A stretch of DNA of 64,000 nt, from positions 3,103 through 67,102 of the forward strand of contig PLYL01000008.1 in assembly GCA_003151795.1 (NCBI GenBank), in the 5' to 3' direction. Numbering within the stretch: position 1 is the first letter of the stretch; each line of letters starts with the position of its first letter. Under the pieces are notes generated by a model. That model was not told the origin of the DNA. It ran no database searches and was given only the letters and a program-made list of their open reading frames with translations. The stretch is from Candidatus Yanofskybacteria bacterium. GTDB lineage: Bacteria; Patescibacteriota; Minisyncoccia; 2-02-FULL-40-12; GWA2-44-9. Position numbers and translations under genes: made by a program. Shown here piece by piece: positions 29,359 to 39,350 of the stretch.

Positions 29359-29473
29359 CTCGGCGATGAAGGAGCAAAGCTCCGCGTCGCCGAGCTCCTT
29401 TGTTTTTATGCGGTCAGCCGGGTAGTAGAAGTTGCTGTTGCAGCTTCGCTGCTCGGAAATGCAGCAACTTTCA

Positions 29474-32400
29474 CTACCCGGTCAGCATCGCGATTGATTT
29501 CACATCATCACAGAGGAGCTTGAGGGCGCCGTCGCGGTCATTGATTTTGCCGGTGGTGACGACGATAGCATTTTCTTTAAACATTTCGGGATATTTTTCA
29601 TAGACATTCGGGAAGACGACGACTTCGATTTTTGAAGTGAGATCTTCAACCCAGGCGAACATCATCGGCCGGCCGGTTTTGGTAATTATTTTTTGAACTT
29701 TGGTCACAATTCCGCCGATTTTGATTTGGCTCGTGCTGTTTGGTTTCACGTCTTTGATGGCGACAGTCTTTTCTAATTTCATGGTTGGTGCGTATTCGTG
29801 GAGGGGATGGGCGGAAACAAAGAGGCCGAGCAGTTCTTTTTCCCACATTAATTTTTCGGAGTTGCGGGCGGGCGTGGTGGCATTGAGCCGAAAGGCCGGC
29901 AGAGCAATAGGGTCGTTGCCAAACAAACTGGCTTGGCCCATGCTAGTGCTTTTTTGTTTGTCGTGGGCGAAGGAAAGAAGGTTTTCCAGATTAAGCAATA
30001 ACATGTTCCGTTCGCCGAAAGAATCCAGCGCTCCGCATTTGATGAGGGCCTCGAGCGATTTTTTGTTGAGGTCTTTATTGTGCACTCGCGATACAAAATT
30101 TTCGATGTCGGTATAGGGGCCATTGGCTGTTCGTTCGGCGATAATCGCCTCGGCGATATTTTCGCCGAGATTTTTAATGGTCAAAAGCCCAAATCGGATT
30201 TGATCCCTTTGTTCCTTGTTCATTGTTCCCTGTTCACTGGCTTTAATGACCGTAAAATCTTTAAAAGAGGTGTTAATTTCCGGCGGTAAAACCGGAATTT
30301 TCATGCGCTGGCATTCTTCAATCACTTGAGCGACTCTCTCCGTGTCGCCCGATTCGGCCGTGAGAATGGCGCACATATATTCCGCGGAATAGTTAGCCTT
30401 CATGTACGCGGTCTGGTAGGCGACTCGGCCGTAGCAGGCGGCGTGGGCTTTATTGAAGCCATAGCCCTGGAACGGTTCGAATAAATTCCAGATTCCTTCG
30501 GCTTGTTCGGTCGTCATACCGCTATGGGTTTTACAACCTTCAACGAAAATAACATGCTGTTTGGCCATCTCGGCCGGAATTTTTTTGCCCACCGCTTTTC
30601 TAAATTTGTCGACGGATTCCCAATTGTAGCCGGCCAATTCCATGGCCGTGAACAGCAGGTCATCCTGATAGACCAAGACGCCGTAGGATTTTTCCAGCCA
30701 TTGTTTAGCTTTAGGGTGAAAATAAATAGTCGGACTCCGGCCTTGTTTGCGGGCGATGTACTCCGAGATGTTATTAATCGGACCGGGCCGATACAGCGCG
30801 ACCATGAGATTAATATCATGAATAGTGGTGGGTTTGAGTTCCATGAGATACTTAGTCATACCCGAGGAACCGCCCAGCTGGAAAACTCCTTCGGTATAGC
30901 CGTTGGCGAGCATGGTGAAGGTTTTTTTGTCGTCGAAAGGAATTTTTTCAATATCAATAGTGATGCCTTGGTGTTCTTTAACCAAGCGGACGGCGTTTTC
31001 TAAGATGGCCAAGTTGCGGATGCCCAAGACGTCGAGCTTAAGGAGGCCGACGCCGTCTTCGCCGACCGTGTACATGTCGTATTGCGTGATAAGGTTGTTG
31101 CCTTCTTTAGGATCGAACTGAATCGGCACGTATTCGATGAGCGGTCTGGGCGAAATAACGAGACCGGCGGCGTGGACCGAGACATGGCGGACCGTGCCTT
31201 CAAGCTTTTTGGCGATGTCCATAATCTGCCGAGTTTCCAAATCCCGTTCGTAGAGATTTTTTAATTCCGGTTCAAGTTCCAGCGCTCGTTCGATGGTCAT
31301 GGGGAATCCTTGAGAACCCATGGGGATGAGTTTGGCGAGCCGGTCGCCGACTTCGTAGGACTTGCCGGTGGCGCGAGCGACGTCCCGTACCGAACCGCGG
31401 GCGAGCATGGTGCCGAAGGTGCCGATTTGAGCGACTTTATCGGCGCCGTATTTCTTTTTGGCGTACTCCACGATTTCTTGACGGCGGTTATCGGCAAAAT
31501 CCATATCAATATCCGGCGCCGACGGGCGAAAAGGATTCAAAAATCTTTCAAACGGCAGCTGGAATTCAATAGGATTGACGCTAGTGATGCCGGAAAGATA
31601 GGCGACCAGGGAACCGGCGGCGGAACCGCGGACCGTGGTATAGATATTTGATTCGTGGGCAAAGCGAAGCAGGTCGGCGACGACCAAAAAATAGGGCGCG
31701 TAATTTTTGTTTTTGATAATCTCCAGTTCGTATTGGCGGCGGGTTTCGATTTCGGGGTTATTTTCTAATTCGCGTTCGACGGCCCCTTTTTTGGTCAGCT
31801 CGTCCAACATCTGATCGGATGTTTTGCCTGGTTCGAGTTCAAAATTAGGGAAGATGAATTTACCGAGGGTCAGTTCGATGTTGCAGCGGTCGGCGATTTT
31901 TTGCGTGTTCGCGACGGCTTCGGGAGTTTCCTTGAATCGTTCGACCGCTTCTTCGGTGGAAAGAAAATGATACTCGCCTTGGCCGGAAAATATCGCCGGA
32001 TCGCTGACGTCGGTGTGTGTGGAGATGGCGACCAAAGTTTTATGGGCGACCGCATCGTCTTTGCGGAGGTAGTGGGAGTCTTGCGTCGCGACGAGGGGAA
32101 TATTGTGTTTGCGGGCTAGCTCGAGAATCGCACTTTTCCATTCCGGGAACCATTCCATATCAGGATGGTGCATGATTTCCATATAATAGTTTTCGGGACC
32201 GAAGATGGCCTGGTATTCCAGAACAATTGCTTCCGCTTTTTCTTTGTCGCCGTGCTGAATGGCTCGGCCTAACTCACTGCCGGGACAGCCCGAAAGACAA
32301 ATCAAGCCTTCAGCGTGCTGGCGGAGCAAGTCTTTATCGACACGCGGTTTGTAATAGAAGCCCTCGAGGTGGGCCGAGGTGGTGAGCCTGATTAAGTTTT

Positions 32401-32695
32401 GGTAGCCCGTCAAATCTTTCGCCAGCAAAGTGAGATGATAGCGCTTATTGTCGATTTGAGGTTCCTTTTGCAGTCGGCTCCGGTTGGCGACGTAGGCCTC
32501 AACGCCGATGATGGGTTTGATGCCGTTCTTCTTGCAGGCGGTATAAAAATCAATCGCGCCGTACATCACGCCGTGGTCCGTCAGCGCGATAGCGGTCTGG
32601 CCGTGTTCCTTCGCCAGCTTCACCATTTGATCTATCTGCGACATCCCATCCAATAATGAATAATGGCTATGTGTATGTAAATGAACAAATTTCAT
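29474..32695 (-). CDS. dnaE: DNA polymerase III alpha subunit
   Basis: HLHTHSHYSLLDG PHP domain, RGSAAGS, PDIDMDF, YGFNKAH. Confidence 0.98.
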   Translation of the reverse strand: MKFVHLHTHSHYSLLDGMSQIDQMVKLAKEHGQTAIALTDHGVMYGAIDFYTACKKNGIKPIIGVEAYVANRSRLQKEPQIDNKRYHLTLLAKDLTGYQNLIRLTTSAHLEGFYYKPRVDKDLLRQHAEGLICLSGCPGSELGRAIQHGDKEKAEAIVLEYQAIFGPENYYMEIMHHPDMEWFPEWKSAILELARKHNIPLVATQDSHYLRKDDAVAHKTLVAISTHTDVSDPAIFSGQGEYHFLSTEEAVERFKETPEAVANTQKIADRCNIELTLGKFIFPNFELEPGKTSDQMLDELTKKGAVERELENNPEIETRRQYELEIIKNKNYAPYFLVVADLLRFAHESNIYTTVRGSAAGSLVAYLSGITSVNPIEFQLPFERFLNPFRPSAPDIDMDFADNRRQEIVEYAKKKYGADKVAQIGTFGTMLARGSVRDVARATGKSYEVGDRLAKLIPMGSQGFPMTIERALELEPELKNLYERDLETRQIMDIAKKLEGTVRHVSVHAAGLVISPRPLIEYVPIQFDPKEGNNLITQYDMYTVGEDGVGLLKLDVLGIRNLAILENAVRLVKEHQGITIDIEKIPFDDKKTFTMLANGYTEGVFQLGGSSGMTKYLMELKPTTIHDINLMVALYRPGPINNISEYIARKQGRSPTIYFHPKAKQWLEKSYGVLVYQDDLLFTAMELAGYNWESVDKFRKAVGKKIPAEMAKQHVIFVEGCKTHSGMTTEQAEGIWNLFEPFQGYGFNKAHAACYGRVAYQTAYMKANYSAEYMCAILTAESGDTERVAQVIEECQRMKIPVLPPEINTSFKDFTVIKASEQGTMNKEQRDQIRFGLLTIKNLGENIAEAIIAERTANGPYTDIENFVSRVHNKDLNKKSLEALIKCGALDSFGERNMLLLNLENLLSFAHDKQKSTSMGQASLFGNDPIALPAFRLNATTPARNSEKLMWEKELLGLFVSAHPLHEYAPTMKLEKTVAIKDVKPNSTSQIKIGGIVTKVQKIITKTGRPMMFAWVEDLTSKIEVVVFPNVYEKYPEMFKENAIVVTTGKINDRDGALKLLCDDVKSIAMLTG

Positions 32696-32705
32696 ATATA
32701 AAGTA

Positions 32706-32749
32706 CTTGCCCGCCAAAATTTTGCTTTGCAAAACTTAGGCGGGTGAAG
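32706..32749 (-). repeat. 44-bp palindromic element in dnaE leader (family shared with lepA-internal copy)
   Basis: 33/44 identical to 63392..63435 with compensatory changes. Confidence 0.75.
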
Positions 32750-32879
32750 AGATGAACGAAATTATTTGTCGGATTTGAATCCATAGAGGTTTAAGCGCGA
32801 TTCACAGGATCAACCTATGCACGCTCGGATAAGTACTTAGAGATTGTATTTCATTGGCAGAAAGAATCCAGGGGATAAC

Positions 32880-33125
32880 TAAAAAATAAAAAACCGCTGA
32901 AAATTTGACCACCCTAAGTCTCAAAGTTGGAATCATAAGCACCAGACGGTACGTACTAGAAGTGTGACAGGTAGAAGTCTTGCTTCTTTGCTGACCCGCA
33001 GGAACTATGTGTTTCGGTCATACTTTTTTCAAAGCATTTTTATAATACCAAGAGGATACGCATTTCAGCCGATGCTGCATCAAGCAACATATCGGGCATT
33101 AGAGTGGCCAAATTTTTAGAGGTCT
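32880..33125 (-). ncRNA. Candidate structured ncRNA
   Basis: Promoter TTGCGT-16-TATAAT; 25-bp terminal inverted repeat; 3' U-tract. Confidence 0.4.
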
Positions 33126-33228
33126 ACTTTTATTATACTCTTAAAAATTTATCACGCAATTGTGGGTAGGAAAATTATACTTGATTTTTATTAGGTAATG
33201 ATTTATAATACTGACCAAGGGGGTGGAA

Positions 33229-33522
33229 ATGGCCAAAAAAGCCAAGAAGAAGAAAGCACCAAAGAAGCTGAGCCAGCGGGAACTGGTGAACGAGTTGTTA
33301 TCCTTTGAGCATCTCGATGAGATCACTCTTGTTAGCAAGGATAGTCCGGCGAAGGAATGCGTGTTTGAGTATATTCGTCAGATTTCCAAACCAGAACGAG
33401 CGAGCGATGACATGGTCGCTAGAATCGTTTTTCATGGTTTGGCGCAACTTGAAGCAGAGGCGTGGCAGCTTCGACAAGATCTATATCGAAGTTGCTCTTC
33501 GAACGGTCATCCGGTCCTATAG
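33229..33522 (+). CDS. Hypothetical protein
   Basis: TATAAT and G-rich SD upstream; terminator about 33547-33580. Confidence 0.65.
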   Translation: MAKKAKKKKAPKKLSQRELVNELLSFEHLDEITLVSKDSPAKECVFEYIRQISKPERASDDMVARIVFHGLAQLEAEAWQLRQDLYRSCSSNGHPVL

Positions 33523-33585
33523 TCCATGTTCCGCACGCTCGTCAGGAAAGGCACGTTCGCTTTCCGAGGGCGTGCTTTTTAATTT

Positions 33586-34065
33586 TTATAAATAAAACGC
33601 CGGAGGCTCGTCTGTGGCCTCCGGCTGTCGTCTGAACGTGCGGGATCGGAATTCTAGGCCGCGTTGGGTCGGCACTCCAGCGGGCCCTTGTGAATCTACC
33701 TGTTCGCTGTGGTTCTCTCCCGGCCCTGGCCTGTAGGCCAAGATGTGGAACCCCTTCTTGATGCTCGGGAGGTCTCGCTCAATGAGCGTAGCCTTCAGTT
33801 GCGGTTCAACGGCGGACCGGTCGGAGGTTCGGAACGCCGTCGCGGTGAGTCTCGAGTAGTCGATCTCCCGCTTGACGCTGATTCCGACCAGGTCGCCTTG
33901 AAGGTCTTTCGTGCTGACCAGACGCCCGTAATCTCCTGCAGTGCTAACTTTGCAGAAGGCGATGACTTCTTTGAAGTCGCCGTACACTCTCACCCTTCCA
34001 TCCTGGTCGACTTCCACAAGTACTGTCTGGCCGTGACTTCGCTCAATCTCAAACTTGCTCGACAT
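33586..34065 (-). CDS. Hypothetical protein
   Basis: SD GGAGGG before MSSKFE; shares terminator with convergent ORF. Confidence 0.6.
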   Translation of the reverse strand: MSSKFEIERSHGQTVLVEVDQDGRVRVYGDFKEVIAFCKVSTAGDYGRLVSTKDLQGDLVGISVKREIDYSRLTATAFRTSDRSAVEPQLKATLIERDLPSIKKGFHILAYRPGPGENHSEQVDSQGPAGVPTQRGLEFRSRTFRRQPEATDEPPAFYL

Positions 34066-34257
34066 GGTTACCCTCCAGTGAAATCCAATCAAGACCATGC
34101 TACTCCATCTATAAATTCTGTAAATACATAGATGGGTGATTTAATTTGCAAAAGAAATCTTTTTGTGGTATCATCTTCAAGTAGTTAATATTAGTTGTTG
34201 GCGATTGGATTTTAGAGATTTATCTAAGTTCTAATGGCTAATTACTGAATTCTATCC

Positions 34258-34482
34258 GTGGCAGTACCGAGACACCATATGGCCAAAGGGAAGCAGCTGC
34301 GCCGACGCAGTCATTTGGCGTTGAAGAGCGGCACCTTAACGAAATGCGCTCATTGCGCTAAAATGATTATGCCGCATCAGGTTTGCAAATTCTGCGGTTT
34401 CTACAAAGGCCGAGAAGTTGTAAATGTTCTCGGTAAGGAATTAAAGAAGCAGGAAAAGCGCACCGCACAGCGTACAAGATAG
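34258..34482 (+). CDS. rpmF: 50S ribosomal protein L32
   Basis: AVPR...RRRSH...CxxC...PHQVCxxCGFY. Confidence 0.95.
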   Translation: MAVPRHHMAKGKQLRRRSHLALKSGTLTKCAHCAKMIMPHQVCKFCGFYKGREVVNVLGKELKKQEKRTAQRTR

Positions 34483-34485
34483 AAT

Positions 34486-34545
34486 TTAGGACTCAGGATT
34501 TAGGACTTAGATTTGACTAAGTTCTAACTTCTAAGTTCTAACTCC
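34486..34545. repeat. Inverted heptamer arrays between rpmF and nusB
   Basis: ttaggac tcaggat ttaggac ttag / ctaagtt ctaactt ctaagtt ctaactc. Confidence 0.8.
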
Positions 34546-34552
34546 TTTATAA

Positions 34553-35074
34553 GTGGCATCACGTCATCTCTCTCGCAGCGTCGCAATGCAGTCCCTCTAC
34601 GAATGGGATTTTAAGGGCAGTAAAAAAGAAGACCTCGCCGACATTGTCGGGCGCAATATCGAAGAATTCGCTTCCGGTGTTGACGACCCGACGTTTATCG
34701 TCCAGATTGTCCAGGGCGTCGTTAAAAATCTCGACAAGATAAATGCGATTATCGAAAAAGCGGCCCCGCAGTGGCCCTTGGCCCAGATTGCCATTGTTGA
34801 TCGCAATGTCTTACGGATTGGTTTGTACGAATTGCTTTTCGGTAGCCGAGATGAAGTGCCGCCCAAAGTGGCCATCAACGAAGCCATCGAATTGGCCAAA
34901 TCATTCGGCGGAGATTCGTCCGGCAAATTCGTAAATGGTGTATTGGGTACCGTCTATCGTGAAATCGGCGAACCGGGCAAAAACGACGTCGCAAAATCAC
35001 GCGACCCCGAAGACAGCGAGCCAATCGAGGGCGTGCCAGTTGATGATGAGCCAGTGGAAGCACAGGAGAAATAA
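34553..35074 (+). CDS. nusB: Transcription antitermination factor NusB
   Basis: [23 protein letters not shown]. Confidence 0.96.
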   Translation: MASRHLSRSVAMQSLYEWDFKGSKKEDLADIVGRNIEEFASGVDDPTFIVQIVQGVVKNLDKINAIIEKAAPQWPLAQIAIVDRNVLRIGLYELLFGSRDEVPPKVAINEAIELAKSFGGDSSGKFVNGVLGTVYREIGEPGKNDVAKSRDPEDSEPIEGVPVDDEPVEAQEK

Positions 35075-35082
35075 TAATTTAA

Positions 35083-35153
35083 TAGAATTAAGAGTTAAGA
35101 ATTACGAATTAAGATTTTCAATCTTACTTCTTAATTCTTACTTCGTACTTCTT
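35083..35153. repeat. Inverted heptamer arrays between nusB and rnc
   Basis: tagaatt aagagtt aagaatt acgaatt aagatt / aatctt acttctt aattctt acttcgt acttctt. Confidence 0.85.
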
Positions 35154-35160
35154 TGTGAAT

Positions 35161-35850
35161 ATGGCAGAAAATTTATCTAAACTAGAATCCAGTATCGGAG
35201 TCATTTTTCGTGACAAAAATCTTTTATTGCAGGCGCTGACTCATCGTTCGTATATCAATGAAAATCCGAAGTGGCCTTTAGACCATAATGAACGCTTGGA
35301 ATTCCTGGGTGATGCCGTGCTGGAGCTGGTAGTGACGGAGCATCTTTATCGGACTTATCCCAATCCGGAGGGGGAATTAACCAATTGGCGTGCGGCGCTG
35401 GTGAATGCCGTGATGCTCGCCGATATTTCTAAGGTTTTTGATTTAAATGAATATATGCTGTTGTCGCGGGGCGAAGCTAAAGACACCGGCCGGGCTCGTC
35501 AATACATTCTCGCTAACGCGATGGAAGCCGTCATCGGCGCCATTTATCTCGACCAAGGTTACGAAAAATCAGCCGAGTTTATCCATACTTTTATTTTGAG
35601 CGAACTCCCGCGCATTATTAAAAACAATCTCTATCGCGACGCCAAAAGTTTATTCCAAGAAAAAGCCCAAGAGCAAGTCGGCGTGACCCCGAATTACGAA
35701 GTCATCCAAGAATGGGGTCCCGACCACGCCCGTCAATTTAAAGTCGGCGTCTATCTCGGCAAAGACCTCATCGCCGAAGGCGAAGGCCCCTCCAAACAAG
35801 AAGCCCAGCAAAAAGCGGCCGAAACTGCACTGAAAGCCAAGGGTTGGTAA
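35161..35850 (+). CDS. rnc: Ribonuclease III
   Basis: NERLEFLGDAVL; dsRBD. Confidence 0.97.
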   Translation: MAENLSKLESSIGVIFRDKNLLLQALTHRSYINENPKWPLDHNERLEFLGDAVLELVVTEHLYRTYPNPEGELTNWRAALVNAVMLADISKVFDLNEYMLLSRGEAKDTGRARQYILANAMEAVIGAIYLDQGYEKSAEFIHTFILSELPRIIKNNLYRDAKSLFQEKAQEQVGVTPNYEVIQEWGPDHARQFKVGVYLGKDLIAEGEGPSKQEAQQKAAETALKAKGW

Positions 35851-35860
35851 TTTTATTTGA

Positions 35861-36865
35861 ATGATCTGGCTTCTGTTTCTTATTGCCTATATCATCGGCT
35901 CACTGTCTCCCGGTTATTTTTTTAGTCGTGTGGTGAAAGGAATTGATATCCGAAAGCATGGCGACTTCAATACCGGCGCGACCAATGTCTATCGCGTCGT
36001 CGGTCCCGGATATGGCGTGATGACGGCGTCTTTCGATTTTTTCAAACCCATACTGGTATATTGGCTGGCAATTCGATATTTCGGGATGGGCCCGACCTTG
36101 GCCATAGTGCCGGGCTTGTTTGTTGTGATCGGCCACGTCTGGCCGTTCTATTTGAATTTTCGCGGAGGGAAAGGCGCCGCTTCGCTCCTTGGACTTGCCA
36201 TCGCGGTCATAATTTCAGATCGGAATTGGGTCACGCTAGGGTTCGTCTCGGCCGCCGGGATCTATATGCTTTATCTGTCGCGACGGCTCCAAGGGCTCTG
36301 GTCAATCAGAAAAACCCTCAAGCTTGGGGCTCTCATCCTGCCGTTCGGGTTCATACAAATTTCGGCCAAAGCGTTCCTTGCCATCACCGGGGCATTGCTG
36401 GCCGCGGCCATGGTTTTTGACGTGGTCCGGTCCTTGTCCCCCAAGATCAATCGTTGGTATCTGGCCCGGGGCCAGTTCGCCAAACAAAAGGAGCGACGGC
36501 GCCTCTCCGGTTATACCTTGTTTCTCTTGAGCGCGTTCACACTGTTCTATCTATTCCCGAAAGACATCACTCTTGTCGCCATAACCTTCTTCATCATCGC
36601 CGATCTGGCCGGACCGATTGGCGGGCGATTGATGTTACATAAAGAGATCACGCACAGCAAAACATGGGGCGGGGCCATATTGATATTCATATTGTGCGTC
36701 ATCGCGGGCTACTTCATGACCAATTTGTCGCCGGTGGCCGTCAGTTGGCGGCTCATCGTGGTCGGATCGCTGTCAGTCTCGGTTCTCGATCAATTGTCGT
36801 TCTTGCTCGATGATAATTTGCTGGTGCCACTCGGCACAGCTACGCTGGCCTTGCTGTTCCGTTAG
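35861..36865 (+). CDS. plsY: PlsY acyltransferase fused to dolichol/phytol-kinase-like (CTP-dependent) membrane domain
   Basis: DIRKHGDFNTGATN, GHVWP, FRGGKG; C-terminal D..G.R, SKTWGG, DDNLLVP. Confidence 0.8.
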   Translation: MIWLLFLIAYIIGSLSPGYFFSRVVKGIDIRKHGDFNTGATNVYRVVGPGYGVMTASFDFFKPILVYWLAIRYFGMGPTLAIVPGLFVVIGHVWPFYLNFRGGKGAASLLGLAIAVIISDRNWVTLGFVSAAGIYMLYLSRRLQGLWSIRKTLKLGALILPFGFIQISAKAFLAITGALLAAAMVFDVVRSLSPKINRWYLARGQFAKQKERRRLSGYTLFLLSAFTLFYLFPKDITLVAITFFIIADLAGPIGGRLMLHKEITHSKTWGGAILIFILCVIAGYFMTNLSPVAVSWRLIVVGSLSVSVLDQLSFLLDDNLLVPLGTATLALLFR

Positions 36866-36877
36866 GTTTTTTCTAGA

Positions 36878-37255
36878 ATGGCAGAGATACCCAGATTTCA
36901 AATGAAAGACTATATCCGAATCACGTTCTATGGGGTCGGTATTCTGATCATGCTGGCGCTCGTTCCATCGGTGACGAACGACTATCTGCTTACAGCTGTG
37001 TACGTTGCCTTTATCGCTCTTGCGCTGATATCCAAAAAAGAACGTGCGGATTACTTGTTTCTCGCTCTCGGATTTTTCGGGGTCATTCTTGGAGAATATT
37101 TTTTTGTGCGGACGGGCGTGGAGACTTTTAATCGCAACACGCTCTTCGGTATCATGCCATTATGGTTGCCGTTCCTCTGGGCATTTGTATTTTTATCAAT
37201 GAAACGAATCTTCTGGCTTCTCGTCAAAGACTACTGGCATATCCAACTGAAATAA
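36878..37255 (+). CDS. Membrane protein
   Basis: Four TM segments; MPLWLPFLW. Confidence 0.7.
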   Translation: MAEIPRFQMKDYIRITFYGVGILIMLALVPSVTNDYLLTAVYVAFIALALISKKERADYLFLALGFFGVILGEYFFVRTGVETFNRNTLFGIMPLWLPFLWAFVFLSMKRIFWLLVKDYWHIQLK

Positions 37256-37258
37256 ATC

Positions 37259-37303
37259 CAACAGAAAGCGGCCGAAACCGCCTTGCAGAAAAAGGGCTGG
37301 TAA
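37259..37303 (+). pseudogene. Orphan diverged copy of the rnc 3' end
   Basis: Encodes QQKAAETALQKKGW* versus rnc QQKAAETALKAKGW*. Confidence 0.8.
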
Positions 37304-37336
37304 GAAAAGTGCCGCCCGTACGGGCGGCACCGAGTA

Positions 37337-37711
37337 CTACTGAAGATCGCTTGGTACTTCTATTCTACGAATCCCGTCAAGATCTTTGACAATGATGGTC
37401 TTGCCTTTGATGAGGTTCAAGACCGCATCGCGGCAATCTTTTTTGGTCCTTCCTTTTGTGGCGATTTTCTTTCGTCGGATTTCCTCGATAACGGTTTCTT
37501 CAGTTTGTTTGACCATGGTCTTGGTTTCCACCACAACCAGATAATCAAACGTTGGGTATCGAATCTCGCATCCCCATGTCTCGGTGGTTTTGTTGGCAAT
37601 CTTGGAGCCAATCGTGTAATGTCTCGGTTGCATAACAGACCACTCTCGGCAGGTCCTCCTCGTGAAACGAAGTTCAAGATCTTGATTTTCAACGAACCGT
37701 TCTAGTTTCAT
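37337..37711 (-). CDS. Hypothetical protein, paralog A
   Basis: SD GGAAGGG; ends RRIEVPSDLQ; hairpin 37309-37330. Confidence 0.65.
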   Translation of the reverse strand: MKLERFVENQDLELRFTRRTCREWSVMQPRHYTIGSKIANKTTETWGCEIRYPTFDYLVVVETKTMVKQTEETVIEEIRRKKIATKGRTKKDCRDAVLNLIKGKTIIVKDLDGIRRIEVPSDLQ

Positions 37712-37808
37712 AACCGTGCCCTTCCGAGTCTAGCACACCATCAAGACAGGGCCTGTTCATAAAAACGCAAAGCCCACGGCTTTGCGTGGGCGAGTTAGGA
37801 AAGCACTT

Positions 37809-38156
37809 TCAGCGGAGGTTCTTGGGAACCTCGATCTTTCTGTCATGTCCTTCACGAGAACGCACGGTCACGATGATTCCACGAACGTGGCCGAGAAGGA
37901 CTTTTCTCCCCTCTTTCTTTGTACTCCGCCGGTCCGCGTCGAAATGAAGAGCGTGCCCGCCCCTATCGAGATCTTTGAGGATGACCGTCTCGTCTCGTCC
38001 ATTGGCGGGGCGAAGCGAGAAGCCCCATGAACGGAAGGTTCGTTCAACCGAGCGGTAAGTGCCCGGCTTGCTTCCAGAAACCCGCGTCTGGTTCATCATG
38101 AGATTACTGATTACCAGAACCTGATGCTTACGGAAGAACTGTTCCATCGTTTGCAT
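37809..38156 (-). CDS. Hypothetical protein, paralog B
   Basis: SD AGGAG; ends RKIEVPKNLR. Confidence 0.65.
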   Translation of the reverse strand: MQTMEQFFRKHQVLVISNLMMNQTRVSGSKPGTYRSVERTFRSWGFSLRPANGRDETVILKDLDRGGHALHFDADRRSTKKEGRKVLLGHVRGIIVTVRSREGHDRKIEVPKNLR

Positions 38157-38225
38157 AAAGACTCCTTGGCCGAGATTATACATCAGCTTGCATTAAAAGT
38201 AAATATCTGATAAAATAACGAAACA

Positions 38226-38669
38226 ATGTTAACTATGCGCTTACAACGAATCGGAAAGAGGGGTCAGGCCTATTTCCGGATTATCGTCACCGAACACACC
38301 AAGAAACCGCAAGGGGAATACTTGGAGCTTTTAGGTTCTTATGACCCGCATAAGAAGAGCTTATTGGTTAAGAAAGAACGCATTGAGCACTGGATGTCCA
38401 AAGGCGTCCAATTGTCTCCGACGGTCAATAATTTACTTGTAAACAACAAAATCATCGTCGCCGCCAAGAAATTAAGCTGGAAGCCAAAGGTTGTGGCTAA
38501 GGCAGTTGCCGCGCCTGTCGCACCGAAGGCTAAAGTTGAAAGTACTCCAGAATCTGTCAGTGAAGCTGAACCAGAAGCGGTTGTTGAAGTCGCACCCGAG
38601 GTGCCAGTAGAAGTTCCGGTTGAAGAGCCGAAAAAAGAAGAAGCTCCCGTAGAAACTCCGGCAGAATAA
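38226..38669 (+). CDS. rpsP: 30S ribosomal protein S16 with acidic Pro/Ala/Glu tail
   Basis: RLQRIGKR, LGSYDP, GVQLSPTV. Confidence 0.95.
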   Translation: MLTMRLQRIGKRGQAYFRIIVTEHTKKPQGEYLELLGSYDPHKKSLLVKKERIEHWMSKGVQLSPTVNNLLVNNKIIVAAKKLSWKPKVVAKAVAAPVAPKAKVESTPESVSEAEPEAVVEVAPEVPVEVPVEEPKKEEAPVETPAE

Positions 38670-38700
38670 ATTGACCACCTGGAGGTGGTCAATTTTCACT

Positions 38701-39336
38701 ATGCGTATTATTAAGATTGATCTCAAACAGGATTACTCCGCTGCCATCAAGGAAGCTATTGATATCTTGAAGATGGGCGGGACGATTGTCTATCCGACCG
38801 ATACGGTCTATGGATTAGGTTGCAACGCGCTAGACGAGATTGCGGTCCGGCATATTTTTGATATTAAAAATCGAAGCTCAAAACCGTTGCCGATTCTGGC
38901 CCGCGATATGAAATGGGTCGAAGAGCTAGCCTATCTGACTGACCAACATCGCAAACTGGCGGATAAATTCTGGCCCGGCAAATTCACGCTGGTTTTACCC
39001 AAAAAAGACATTGTCCCACCCATTGTTACGACTGGTCTGCCCGCCGTCGGTATCCGGATTGCTGACTTTGTGTTTACCGATAAATTATTGGGCGCTTTTG
39101 GTTATCCGCTCGTGGCGACCTCGGCGAATATTTCGGGTGAACCGGCGACAGGGGATATCGAGAGTATTATCGCGTCCTTGGGCACCCAGCCTCGTCGACC
39201 CGATTTGGTTATCGACGCGGGCGTTTTGCCTCCCTCTAATTCTTCGGTCGTCATCGATTGTTCAACCGACAAGCCCAAAGTGATCCGCGTTGGCCCCTCC
39301 AAACCAGAAGACCTTTTGAAATTATTAGAAATATAG
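38701..39336 (+). CDS. tsaC: L-threonylcarbamoyladenylate synthase (TsaC/Sua5)
   Basis: YPTDTVYGL, KNR..KPL, TSANISG. Confidence 0.93.
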   Translation: MRIIKIDLKQDYSAAIKEAIDILKMGGTIVYPTDTVYGLGCNALDEIAVRHIFDIKNRSSKPLPILARDMKWVEELAYLTDQHRKLADKFWPGKFTLVLPKKDIVPPIVTTGLPAVGIRIADFVFTDKLLGAFGYPLVATSANISGEPATGDIESIIASLGTQPRRPDLVIDAGVLPPSNSSVVIDCSTDKPKVIRVGPSKPEDLLKLLEI

Positions 39337-39350
39337 TTCATACTTAGTCC

